Positions 9,633 to 18,677 of a DNA stretch of 64,000 bases are shown here, in pieces; the stretch's first letter is position 1, and every line of letters begins with the position of its first letter. Position numbers and translations under genes: made by a program. Source of the DNA: Patescibacteria group bacterium (GTDB lineage: Bacteria; Patescibacteriota; Microgenomatia; UBA8517); NCBI GenBank assembly GCA_041742135.1, contig JBGSJG010000004.1, positions 171,773-235,772 on the forward strand. The letters run 5' to 3'. Under the pieces are notes generated by a model. It saw only the letters and a list, made by a program, of their open reading frames with translations. It was not told where the DNA came from and made no database searches.

Positions 9633-10559
9633 TTAATCTGCCTCCTCTCGAGCTTTGTCGATTATTATTTGCTCTTTCCAGTTTGCGGGCCAAGTAGGTA
9701 CTGGCCAGAATTTCTCAATTAGCCAGTCAAAATCGTGAACCTTCTTGGGGAATCGGTTGTTGAGCCAGTAATCAATACAATTTTTGCGTCCTCGGTCACG
9801 CTCTGCTTGATGAAAGGCGTAACGTGCATTTGAAAACCCGTAACCCTTACCAGCCTTACCTTTGTGCCAGTGCGCATACCATGTTTTTTTATTAACTATC
9901 ACGCGGCCGCCGCCAAGCCAGGTGTTGTTACAGACTTCTTGAGCTTCCTGGATGAAAGAACCATACAGTTCAATATTCATTGGGCCGATCATCTTGAACC
10001 ACCAATCCCGTGTGGTGAAGTAGAGCGACCCTTGTGCCGACATGTTGTCGTCAATCAGGATGTCTTTGCGGTCAAAATACCTCTGCCTCCAGTCATCACC
10101 ATGGAGGCCGCACGCAGGATCGTGAGTTTTTATGTAAGGGTAAGTCAGGTACATATAGTCTATTGGAGGGCGTGCGTCTGGAGCTACCTCCCATTTTTCG
10201 GGGTCAAGCCGTAGCCTTCGAGGGATAACAACCCAGTTGTCATCACAGTCCGCCTTGAGCTTCGTATCAAACCCTTGATCGAACAAACAGTGGCCGTCAG
10301 ACTTCATAACATATTTTCCTCTGGCAATGGCCATGCCAGCGTTAATACACTGTCTCATGCCTTTGTTCTCATGAATTGTTCCGTGATGAAGAATAATGAG
10401 ATTTTTGTGTTCAGGAAGTGGGGGATCAGGCCAATAGCCATCAAGCACGACGATCACTTCAATTGAGCCTTCGGCCTTGGTAAAAAGATCGTTGACTGTT
10501 TGTTCGAGATACTTCTCGTTTCTGGTTGGAATAATAACAGACACGTCCGGCATGATCAT
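9633..10559 (-). CDS. GT2/ppGalNAc-T-like glycosyltransferase
   Basis: VSVIIPTRNE, KSDGHCLFD, TWLGGGRVIVNKKTWYAHWHK; paralog of the N-domain of 3801..5498; start at 10559 or 10553. Confidence 0.85.
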   Translation of the reverse strand: MIMPDVSVIIPTRNEKYLEQTVNDLFTKAEGSIEVIVVLDGYWPDPPLPEHKNLIILHHGTIHENKGMRQCINAGMAIARGKYVMKSDGHCLFDQGFDTKLKADCDDNWVVIPRRLRLDPEKWEVAPDARPPIDYMYLTYPYIKTHDPACGLHGDDWRQRYFDRKDILIDDNMSAQGSLYFTTRDWWFKMIGPMNIELYGSFIQEAQEVCNNTWLGGGRVIVNKKTWYAHWHKGKAGKGYGFSNARYAFHQAERDRGRKNCIDYWLNNRFPKKVHDFDWLIEKFWPVPTWPANWKEQIIIDKAREEAD

Positions 10560-10608
10560 CCCAAAAATACCACACTTCTTGGCATAAGTACATACATATT
10601 TTATTAAA

Positions 10609-11235
10609 CTAGAAGAGGCTACTGTAGTAATCGTAAGCAAGTTTCTCTCGAGCAGCCCATTTACCGGGGAAGTCAGAATCGCCTTTAGTATAGCGGAATG
10701 AACTCGATTCAGTGTCTTCTCTCATAATCAGCCAACCGCCATCCTTGTTTGTAAATCCATAATAGGTAATTACGTTATCGTCGATTTCAGAAATTTGATA
10801 GCCATCGAGTGGCTGGCGTTCGGCTGGGGAGATTTTTTTACCTTCGCTGTTTTCAAGAGACGTTAAGCTGGGTGTGCTCGCTTGGCCCGGCAGAATGTTG
10901 CCGACTTTTCCTCGGAGTAGTGAAAACAGGAAGAAGGAAAGTCCTGCAGCACCCACAAGTTTCAGAAATGCCCTCTTGTCAATGTCTGCCACCTCGACAG
11001 AGGTTTTGCGGGCTTCTTCAGGTGGCTCTACTGTTTCCGGCTCCGCCCTGGATACCTGAATGGAAACCTCTCTGACTTGTTTTTTGTGTGGCAAGAGCTT
11101 GACCGCCAAGATGGCGAGTAGAGGATACAACAGTGTGGCAACCCCCAACTGTGTGTACGTTCGAGCGGTTAAAAACAAAATAACAACAACAAGGAAAGCT
11201 ACTGATAAACTGGTATAGGTGAGGGTCTTTCGCAT
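10609..11235 (-). CDS. membrane protein of unknown function
   Basis: Two N-terminal hydrophobic helices, a third after DKRAFLKLVGAAG, C-terminal aromatic domain YYGFTNKDGGW. Confidence 0.7.
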   Translation of the reverse strand: MRKTLTYTSLSVAFLVVVILFLTARTYTQLGVATLLYPLLAILAVKLLPHKKQVREVSIQVSRAEPETVEPPEEARKTSVEVADIDKRAFLKLVGAAGLSFFLFSLLRGKVGNILPGQASTPSLTSLENSEGKKISPAERQPLDGYQISEIDDNVITYYGFTNKDGGWLIMREDTESSSFRYTKGDSDFPGKWAAREKLAYDYYSSLF

Positions 11236-11238
11236 GGC

Positions 11239-12378
11239 TTAATAAATAAACGCGTAATCTGCGGATATAAAACCAGTATCGTCAAGCAGCTTTATTTCAA
11301 GCCACCCGGGATGTAAAGAGACCAAGTCAAATACATCTCCAGATTTCGCTTCTCCAATTTTCTCTGATTGTGCCGTCGGCTCTTTGCGAATGTTTACGCT
11401 CGCCAAGGCACTTTCTGCAATTACTGTAACTTTTGCGTAACCTAACGGGCTTGGAGTCTCTAGGGTCTCCACCACTTCCTCAACAGGTTCAAGTGGGGCA
11501 GGTGAGGGTGTTTCTACGGTTGTAACTGCCAACACTTGCGTTTCCTGCGTGTCTTGAGCAGAAGAAATTCTTACGTTACTGTACCCCACGCCGACAAGCA
11601 TAAAAAATAATACTATTAGGCTAACGTACTCAGGAGTTCTTGATAAACGCACTATTTCCGCATTTAAGGCCTCATGCTTGCGAGGACTACTTGCAAGGAT
11701 CGGTTTTGTATCAGTCTTTGCAAGTGTATGGGGGATATTCTCTAGAACTATGTCTAAAAGCAAATCGCCGTTTTCTAACTCGGCCTGATGCTTCTTTTGC
11801 AAATCTACAAAACTTTTAGCGCCTTCCTCTTTTAAGGCAGAAAGGACAATTTTTGTGTTCACCCACGATGTTTGCTTTTTCCCCGAATATTCGGGATATG
11901 TTGAGATGCGAGCGCCGTTTTGGATGTGCGCAGTGAGATGAGCAAGTTGCGCCGATGTTTCAATTTTCGCAGACTTATAAGGCCCTTCAAAGAGTGCTCC
12001 TGAGTGTTTATACTTTCTGTTGAAGTAAATTGAATAGCGTGTGCAAAGCGATCTGATAAAACTCTCGATTGCTTTCTCCTCAACTTGGTGGAGGAGAAGA
12101 TGGAAGTGGTCTGGGAAAAGGCTAAACGCCAAAAGTTGGATTTTTCCGAAGTAGTTTTTTGGCAGATGCGGCGTTCCTTTGTATGTGCGGCCTTTTACTG
12201 TAAAATCTTTTTTGAGGCTACTTGGGTCGTGAGGTGCGCTCAAATACTCGCCTAAATAGGCTACAAATACGCTGTAATCATCGTCATCTCCGAAGATGAT
12301 TCTATTCGCTGCACCTTTGTTGTAGACGTGCGAATTTGTCCCTTTTTCAGGCGACCTGAGCAGGCTCTTGGCAGGCAT
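11239..12378 (-). CDS. Y1/RAYT-type HUH transposase domain fused to a TM helix and a bacterial SH3 domain
   Basis: HVYNKG, LLAFSLFPDHFHLLL, YFNRKY..SGALFEGPYKS; TM YVSLIVLFFMLVGVGY; SH3b VNIRKEP...GWLEIK...GFISADY. Confidence 0.8.
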   Translation of the reverse strand: MPAKSLLRSPEKGTNSHVYNKGAANRIIFGDDDDYSVFVAYLGEYLSAPHDPSSLKKDFTVKGRTYKGTPHLPKNYFGKIQLLAFSLFPDHFHLLLHQVEEKAIESFIRSLCTRYSIYFNRKYKHSGALFEGPYKSAKIETSAQLAHLTAHIQNGARISTYPEYSGKKQTSWVNTKIVLSALKEEGAKSFVDLQKKHQAELENGDLLLDIVLENIPHTLAKTDTKPILASSPRKHEALNAEIVRLSRTPEYVSLIVLFFMLVGVGYSNVRISSAQDTQETQVLAVTTVETPSPAPLEPVEEVVETLETPSPLGYAKVTVIAESALASVNIRKEPTAQSEKIGEAKSGDVFDLVSLHPGWLEIKLLDDTGFISADYAFIY

Positions 12379-12490
12379 AATTAAACTTAGCTTGTAAGAA
12401 GAGACTTTGCAAGTATCAGTTTGATAGCATGAATAGCCATTAGAGATACGCTATACTATTTAGAGAATCCGCTCGAATTGGTAGAGAAGC

Positions 12491-12563
12491 GGGCCTGTAG
12501 CTCATCTGGTAGAGCGCTGCATTCGCATTGCAGAGGTAAGGGGTTCGATTCCCCTCAGGTCCA
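12491..12563 (+). tRNA. tRNA-Ala(CGC)
   Basis: Full cloverleaf, G3:U70 pair, anticodon loop TTCGCAT, T-loop TTCGATT; CCA not encoded. Confidence 0.95.
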
Positions 12564-12688
12564 CTAAATGGTGGTTGAGCACATCAAGCCCAGAAGGATT
12601 AGTGGAGTTATGGAAAGGTATGTCTTCGCAAGCAGAAGTGGCTTAGGATTCAAATGACGGGCATAGTTATTTAATCTCTTCAAGTTAA

Positions 12689-14737
12689 CTAGGGGAGCGG
12701 ACTAGGTGTGACTGAAGCTTCAGGCGTACCAGTAGCTTCAGGTGCGGGTGTTACTTCTGGTTGAGGTGGCTCTGCATCTTCAGGTAACTCGATCGGGGGA
12801 GTAAGCGTTTCTTCCTCGCCAGATGGAGGCGGAGTTAAATTGGTTGAGCTTTCGTCCGTGACAGTTTGTCCCGCCTTGAGGTTCTGCAAATCTTCTAATG
12901 CTTTGGAAGCGACACTAAAGTCATCTGAATTGCGATCCACAAGTGCCAAGACCTGACTCATGGAAGCAATGGCTCGGTCAATATTGCCATTCTCTCTGTA
13001 AGCTACAGCCAGGTTGTAATGAGCATTTGCGTGGTTTGGTTTGGTAGCGACAGCCAGTTTAAAGACATCTATGGCATCTTCGTATGCTTTGGCGGAGTAA
13101 TAGATTCCACCCAAAGCAATTCTTGCATTGGTGTTTAGAGGGTCAAGTGCGATGGCCTGAGCGTAAGTCTGTACAGCAAATGCATCTGCGCCTTGAGCGA
13201 GTGGCATAACTGTTCTGTATATTGAGGCCAAAACCTCCCAATTGCCGGCACGAGCTGGGTTAAGCGTTACCGCCGCTTTTCCCTCAGCGATAGCTTGCTG
13301 AATAAGTGTTGCAATTGCACTTCTGTCTTCTTCAGTCAATTCTTCTTTTTGGGCTAGGGAGTTAGCAAGTGCCAAGTTGATCTGCGCATATGTAATTCTG
13401 TAGCGGTCAACGTAAAGATTTGTAGTAATTGCAGCTCGAAGAGTGTCATACGCTTTAGCGCCATCATTTCTAACTATGTGATCCAACGCCTGCTTATAGG
13501 TAAGATCAGCAGCAACAATCCTTGTAGCCTGCAAGCCAACGTAGCCTACGAACACGATTATCGGCAAGCTAGCGAAAATTACGGGGAGCCTTGCTGCAAA
13601 TGGAATGGATGCCCCGTCGTGCTCAGTATTAAACAAACCCATTTTAACGGACGTGCTTTGGCTAATTACTGCCAATAAGACAAAAAAGATGAATAGTACG
13701 GTCGGAGTTACAGGGAATAAAAGCATTGAGACTGCGAGTATGATAGCGGAAAGCTCTGCAGCTCCTTCTGGCTTTATAAAATGTTTAGTACCTTTCTTGG
13801 CATTGGAGACGACCATTCTCGCCAAGAAGTAAAACAAAAGGATCAACGAGGCGGTTCCTACTAAGCCAGTTTCAGTTATAGCGGTGAATAGATAATTTTG
13901 GCCAGAGGTGAATCTGGTTGACCAAAGATCACTGGCATTATACGAAGCGGGTCTAAATTGATTAAATGCTGACAAGTAGTTTCCAGGCCCCACACCCAAT
14001 AGGGGGTTTTGTTTTAGTGAGTCGACGGCTATGGACCATGAAGTGTCGACTCCAGGTAGTGCTAACGATGTATCTTTTCCTGGAAGGATATTAACTAGAG
14101 ACATTAAAGCGGCCAAAACCATCAATGCAAAAGTGATTCCCGAAAGAGCCTTAACAGCTACAGATTTTTCGCTTATAACATATGACAAAGCTAGGGGGGA
14201 CATGGCAACTAGAATTATTAATGCAGGCAATGGACCACCAAGCGTTGTAAATCCGGCTGACTGCATAAAAGCCGGTAGCCCAAGCCCTCGAAATACCCCC
14301 GCGGAGGCAAAAAGAACAACTACTGCAAGGATTGCGCTCGAGCCGAGCATTACCATTTTGAGCACATCTTTTCCTTTTTTGTTCATTTGGCTAACGATAA
14401 AGAAGCCAAGTCCTGAAAGTACAACTGCAGTGGCTGTGCCGGGGAGGAAAAAAGCCTCCATTTTGTTTGGCGTTTGGAGTATTGCGCTTGCAATGTAGGC
14501 CGCGGCAATCAGTATCACAGGAAGATCAAAAGCGCTTGCAGAGAAGGTGAGTGAATTTTTGATTAAGTTGCGAGCGCTTTTAATCAACAACACTATACCA
14601 ATAGTAATAGTTAGAAACGCTAGCTTGGGTGTAACGAATGCATTGGCGAATTGTGGTAGGACCAATAAAGGTAGCAAACCAACCGCCGCATGCATTATGT
14701 AGTTTTCAAATCTGCTATTAGTTGTTTGATTATCCAT
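12689..14737 (-). CDS. O-antigen ligase/Wzy_C-like polytopic membrane protein with C-terminal TPR repeats
   Basis: Many TM helices, PLLGVGPGNY motif, TPRs (ARIALGGIY, AHYNLAVAY), Pro/Glu-rich tail. Confidence 0.8.
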   Translation of the reverse strand: MDNQTTNSRFENYIMHAAVGLLPLLVLPQFANAFVTPKLAFLTITIGIVLLIKSARNLIKNSLTFSASAFDLPVILIAAAYIASAILQTPNKMEAFFLPGTATAVVLSGLGFFIVSQMNKKGKDVLKMVMLGSSAILAVVVLFASAGVFRGLGLPAFMQSAGFTTLGGPLPALIILVAMSPLALSYVISEKSVAVKALSGITFALMVLAALMSLVNILPGKDTSLALPGVDTSWSIAVDSLKQNPLLGVGPGNYLSAFNQFRPASYNASDLWSTRFTSGQNYLFTAITETGLVGTASLILLFYFLARMVVSNAKKGTKHFIKPEGAAELSAIILAVSMLLFPVTPTVLFIFFVLLAVISQSTSVKMGLFNTEHDGASIPFAARLPVIFASLPIIVFVGYVGLQATRIVAADLTYKQALDHIVRNDGAKAYDTLRAAITTNLYVDRYRITYAQINLALANSLAQKEELTEEDRSAIATLIQQAIAEGKAAVTLNPARAGNWEVLASIYRTVMPLAQGADAFAVQTYAQAIALDPLNTNARIALGGIYYSAKAYEDAIDVFKLAVATKPNHANAHYNLAVAYRENGNIDRAIASMSQVLALVDRNSDDFSVASKALEDLQNLKAGQTVTDESSTNLTPPPSGEEETLTPPIELPEDAEPPQPEVTPAPEATGTPEASVTPSPLP

Positions 14738-14823
14738 GGCTGTATTTATAAATTAGATTGATTGATTTGTTTTGTCAATATGCTTTTTGTATTAAAATAC
14801 TATCAACTATAATTATCTATATA

Positions 14824-15579
14824 TTAAAATATAGAATGATATACTTCTGTATTATCAACTTTCCACTGAAAGTCGCATTCCCATTCAAGTGAGCTTTCAA
14901 TTGCAACAACAAAGTATCCTTCACCTTGGCTTTTGACATACAGACTTTGACCGTTTGTGGGAGAGTTTGCTGTAAGACTAATAAATGATTCATCGTTCAC
15001 AAGATTACTTAGCACGAGTGCTTCCTTTTTATTGGCGGCAATTTCGCTCTTACCAACGGACACGGCATAGCTTTCAATCGACTGACTGGTTGTTGTCTCG
15101 AGTGGGTCAGTAATTGAATTATGGATATCGTCTGTAAGTGGTGGAGTTTTTAAGACTATAAAATCGTCCGTACCAGAAGAAGCGAGTCTAGCAATTGCCT
15201 TGCTGTTACTATTAATAGTATTGCTTTCCGGAACCATTGCGGGATTATTTACTTCTATGTAAGAAACTGAAGGGGAGGCGCTTCGAAAGAAATGGCTTGA
15301 CACTGCGGAAAGAGAGAGGATAGATAAAGCCGCCAGGGCATATACCCCAAATGATTGGTAACGTCGTGAATTAGTGAATTCTAAATATCTCTTGATAGCG
15401 TAATTTCTCCTTTTGATGGTGGCTGGGCTGTAAGCTTTTTCTTCATCGCTAGCCAAAAAGGAACGAACATCGCTAATATAATTTTTAACTGTTGTTTCTG
15501 AGGCGCCAGATTTTTCAAGCGATCGCTTAAAGTCGGCTAATACTTTAGGGGTACTGTGAGAGTGTAACTTTATAATCAT
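14824..15579 (-). CDS. integrase N-terminal SAM-like domain + TM + C-terminal beta domain shared with the giant protein
   Basis: FKRSL...SETTVKNYISDVRSFL...SPATIKRR..AIKRYLEF; no tyrosine-recombinase catalytic domain. Confidence 0.7.
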   Translation of the reverse strand: MIIKLHSHSTPKVLADFKRSLEKSGASETTVKNYISDVRSFLASDEEKAYSPATIKRRNYAIKRYLEFTNSRRYQSFGVYALAALSILSLSAVSSHFFRSASPSVSYIEVNNPAMVPESNTINSNSKAIARLASSGTDDFIVLKTPPLTDDIHNSITDPLETTTSQSIESYAVSVGKSEIAANKKEALVLSNLVNDESFISLTANSPTNGQSLYVKSQGEGYFVVAIESSLEWECDFQWKVDNTEVYHSIF

Positions 15580-16140
15580 TTTATTATATCTAGTTATACT
15601 TCATTAAAATCCAAATGGTATATCTATGTCAAGATATCAATTAGGCAGTTGTTCTAATGCAGTAAATGTTGCGGTTATTAATAGCTTCTTTGGATTGTAT
15701 CCTGCGGTTGGATGGGGAAGTCGTTGACTAATAAATTAGGGCAACTGGCGTTATGGCTCAATGCTAGTTTTCATAAGTTTGTATAATTAATTTCCGATAC
15801 ACTTTTCGAGTCTGAGTAAGTGAGCTAAATACTATATTCATGCGTATAACTATTTAATTTCCGCTTGATTATTGCAAATTCCTTAGCCTCAAATAGTATA
15901 CATCGGTTAACACGCTAATTAACGCAAGAGTAGCGGTAGAAAAGTAAGTAATGCGATCGCTTTTCACAAATTATTACTTAGTGTTTTTCACAGACAGTCA
16001 AGGGTGCTATTTCTAGTTGGCAAGCAATTAACAGTCCAAAGTGAAGAGTGATACCATATCTGTTGATTAGATCGTGGCAATATTACGCCAATACTTGTTT
16101 AATGAGGGTATTAGTTGTGATAAAATCGTTTATCTAGCAT

Positions 16141-18672
16141 ATGTCAGCTAAATACGACCACTCACAGATAGAAAAAAAGTGGCAAAAGACTTGGGAGGAG
16201 CAAAAGCTTTACTCGCCAGACATAAACACGCGCGATAATAAGTTTTATAATCTGTGGATGTTTCCTTATCCTTCAGGTGAAGGACTTCATGCTGGGCATG
16301 CTTTTGCTTCAACTGGGAGTGATGTCTACGGCAGATTTATGCGAATGCAAGATATGAGCGTGTTTCAGCCTATTGGGTACGATTCTTTTGGAATTCACTC
16401 TGAAAACTTCGCAATTAAAAACTCAGAGACACCCAAAGTGATGCTGGCTCGAACCACGCTCAACTATGAAAGGCAACTAAGAAGCCTCGGCCATAGTTAT
16501 GATTGGACTCGTACAGTTACCACCTCAAATGTTGATTACTACAAGTGGACACAGTGGCTTTTTATTCAAATTTTTAAGGCAGGCCATGCTTATAAAAAGA
16601 AAGCTTGGGTTAATTTTTGCCCGGGGTGTAAGACCGTATTGGCGGACGAGCAAATAATGAGCCCGGCTCAAGCTGGTAAGCTACCACCAGGATACGACAA
16701 GCTCGAGGATGTGCCTGATGGGGTGCGTGTCTGTGAGCGCTGTGGCAATATTCCCGAGCGACGTGAGCTTTCGCAGTGGTTTTTTAAAATCACCCAGTAC
16801 GCCGATCGACTGCTTTCAAACTTGGACATTATCAATTGGAGCGAGAGAGTGAAAGTGGCACAACGCGAGTGGATCGGTCGAAAAGAGGGGATAAACATTA
16901 CTTACCCTATTGAGAGCACTAGTTCTTCTGTAACCTGCTTCACAACGCGGCCAGATACCAACTTTGGAGCAACGTTTGTTGTGGTATCTCCAGAGTACGC
17001 ACGCGACAATTTAGTAGATGTGGTATCTGAAGAAGTACAACATAATATAACTAAATATATCGAAGAGTCTCTGGCGAAGACTGAACAGCAAAGAAGAGAA
17101 GATGGTAAAACAAAAACTGGGGAATTCACTGGTCTTTATGCGATTAATCAGCTCAACGGCCATAAAATGCCTATTTGGGTGAGCGATTTTGTCTTAAGTG
17201 GCTTTGGAACAGGAGCTGTTGTGGGAGTTCCTGGCCACGACAAGCGTGATTTTGACTTTGCGAAAACATTTGATATACCAGTGGTTCGAGTGGTTGTAGG
17301 TGCAGACGGGGACAAGTCAGACATTCACGATGCTAATCAGGTTCAGGAGGAACAAGGAACTATGATTAACTCCGAATTTCTGGATGGGATGGACATCAAT
17401 AAAGCAACGGTTGCGATGATGGATCATCTAGAGCAACAAGGCTGGGGCAAGCGCGAGACGACATACCATCTTCGAGATTGGCTAATTTCCAGGCAAAGAT
17501 ACTGGGGACCTCCGATTCCAATGGTTTATTGTGAGAAGTGTGATTGGCAACCGGTTCCGGAATCTGATTTGCCTGTGATTTTGCCTGACATTGCCGATTA
17601 TAAACCTAAGGGCGAGGGGAGCGGGCCGCTAGCAGATCACCCCGAGTTTTACGAAACAACTTGCCCCAAGTGTGGCGGAGCAGCCAAGCGAGAAACTGAT
17701 GTTTCTGATACATTTTTAGATAGTTCGTGGTATTTTCTAGCCTATCCAAATGTGGGTACCGACGAATACAAAAATGGTCCTTCGGCAAGCTCAGGACAAG
17801 ACGTGTTTTTAAATAAACAAATATTGAAGTCTTGGTTGCCGGTTGATTTGTATTTCGGCGGAGCTGAGCATTCTGTGCTTCACTTGATGTATGCCAGATT
17901 TGTCACAATGGCTTTGTACGATCTTAAGCTTTTGAGTTTTGAGGAACCTTTCCCAAATTTCTTTGCTCACGGGCTCATGATCAAGGATGGTGCCAAGATG
18001 AGTAAAAGCCGTGGCAACGTGGTCAACCCAGACGAGTACATTGCAAAATATGGAGCAGATACCCTGCGGCTTTATTTGATGTTTATGGGTCCGATGGACG
18101 GCTATCCTGACTTTCGCGACACCGGAATTGAAGGAATGCATAAGTTTGTGGCCCGCCTCTGGAGAGTTATTGGTCAATACAATAAGGATGCTAAAGCGGA
18201 TGAAAAGACGCTTCAGAAACTTCACAGCACCATAAAGAAGGTAACAGAAGACTTAAAAATATATCACAATAATACAGCTATCGCGGCTATTATGGAGCTT
18301 GTAAACTTGATCGTAGAGGCTAACGCTTATGGCCGAGATATTATCGAGCCTTTGGTTGGTCTTATTGCCCCGTTCGCACCACACTTGGCAGAAGAAGCTT
18401 GGGTGAGCGTTTTGGGTAATGAGGGGTCGGTTCATACATCTGTTTGGCCAAAGTATGATGAGGCCAAGCTAGTTTTGAGCCACAAAGACATTATTGTCCA
18501 AGTAGATGGCAAGATGCGTGCGTCTATATCTATTGAAAGCAAAAGTGCCGAGCTTGAGGAAGAAGTTGCCAAAGCAGCCAAGGCTGATGCTAATGTTGCG
18601 AAGTGGCTTGAGGCAAAGCAGTACAAAACAATTTTTATTCCCGGAAGGCTACTTAACTTCGTTACACTGTAG
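16141..18672 (+). CDS. leuS: leucine--tRNA ligase
   Basis: MFPYPSG.GLHAGH, FTTRPDT editing domain, DWLISRQRYWG, KMSKS. Confidence 0.97.
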   Translation: MSAKYDHSQIEKKWQKTWEEQKLYSPDINTRDNKFYNLWMFPYPSGEGLHAGHAFASTGSDVYGRFMRMQDMSVFQPIGYDSFGIHSENFAIKNSETPKVMLARTTLNYERQLRSLGHSYDWTRTVTTSNVDYYKWTQWLFIQIFKAGHAYKKKAWVNFCPGCKTVLADEQIMSPAQAGKLPPGYDKLEDVPDGVRVCERCGNIPERRELSQWFFKITQYADRLLSNLDIINWSERVKVAQREWIGRKEGINITYPIESTSSSVTCFTTRPDTNFGATFVVVSPEYARDNLVDVVSEEVQHNITKYIEESLAKTEQQRREDGKTKTGEFTGLYAINQLNGHKMPIWVSDFVLSGFGTGAVVGVPGHDKRDFDFAKTFDIPVVRVVVGADGDKSDIHDANQVQEEQGTMINSEFLDGMDINKATVAMMDHLEQQGWGKRETTYHLRDWLISRQRYWGPPIPMVYCEKCDWQPVPESDLPVILPDIADYKPKGEGSGPLADHPEFYETTCPKCGGAAKRETDVSDTFLDSSWYFLAYPNVGTDEYKNGPSASSGQDVFLNKQILKSWLPVDLYFGGAEHSVLHLMYARFVTMALYDLKLLSFEEPFPNFFAHGLMIKDGAKMSKSRGNVVNPDEYIAKYGADTLRLYLMFMGPMDGYPDFRDTGIEGMHKFVARLWRVIGQYNKDAKADEKTLQKLHSTIKKVTEDLKIYHNNTAIAAIMELVNLIVEANAYGRDIIEPLVGLIAPFAPHLAEEAWVSVLGNEGSVHTSVWPKYDEAKLVLSHKDIIVQVDGKMRASISIESKSAELEEEVAKAAKADANVAKWLEAKQYKTIFIPGRLLNFVTL
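17777..17797 (+). repeat. short REP-like palindrome inserted in frame in leuS
   Basis: GTCCTTCGGCAAGCTCAGGAC with GTCCT/AGGAC stem, encoding GPSASSGQ. Confidence 0.55.
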
Positions 18673-18677
18673 CGAAA

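Noticed and set aside
11239-12378. Active IS200/IS605 insertion sequence
   Set aside because: Catalytic Tyr apparently absent, no tnpB, no evident terminal hairpins, and a TM/SH3 fusion.
1-15579. Prophage or integrative element around tRNA-Ala
   Set aside because: No catalytic integrase, terminase, capsid or att repeat seen; the integrase-like and transposase-like genes are non-catalytic membrane fusions.
15580-16140. AT-rich 560-bp intergenic region as oriC, T-box or ncRNA
   Set aside because: Only weak TTTTCACA-like words; no perfect DnaA boxes, T-box motif or convincing structure seen.
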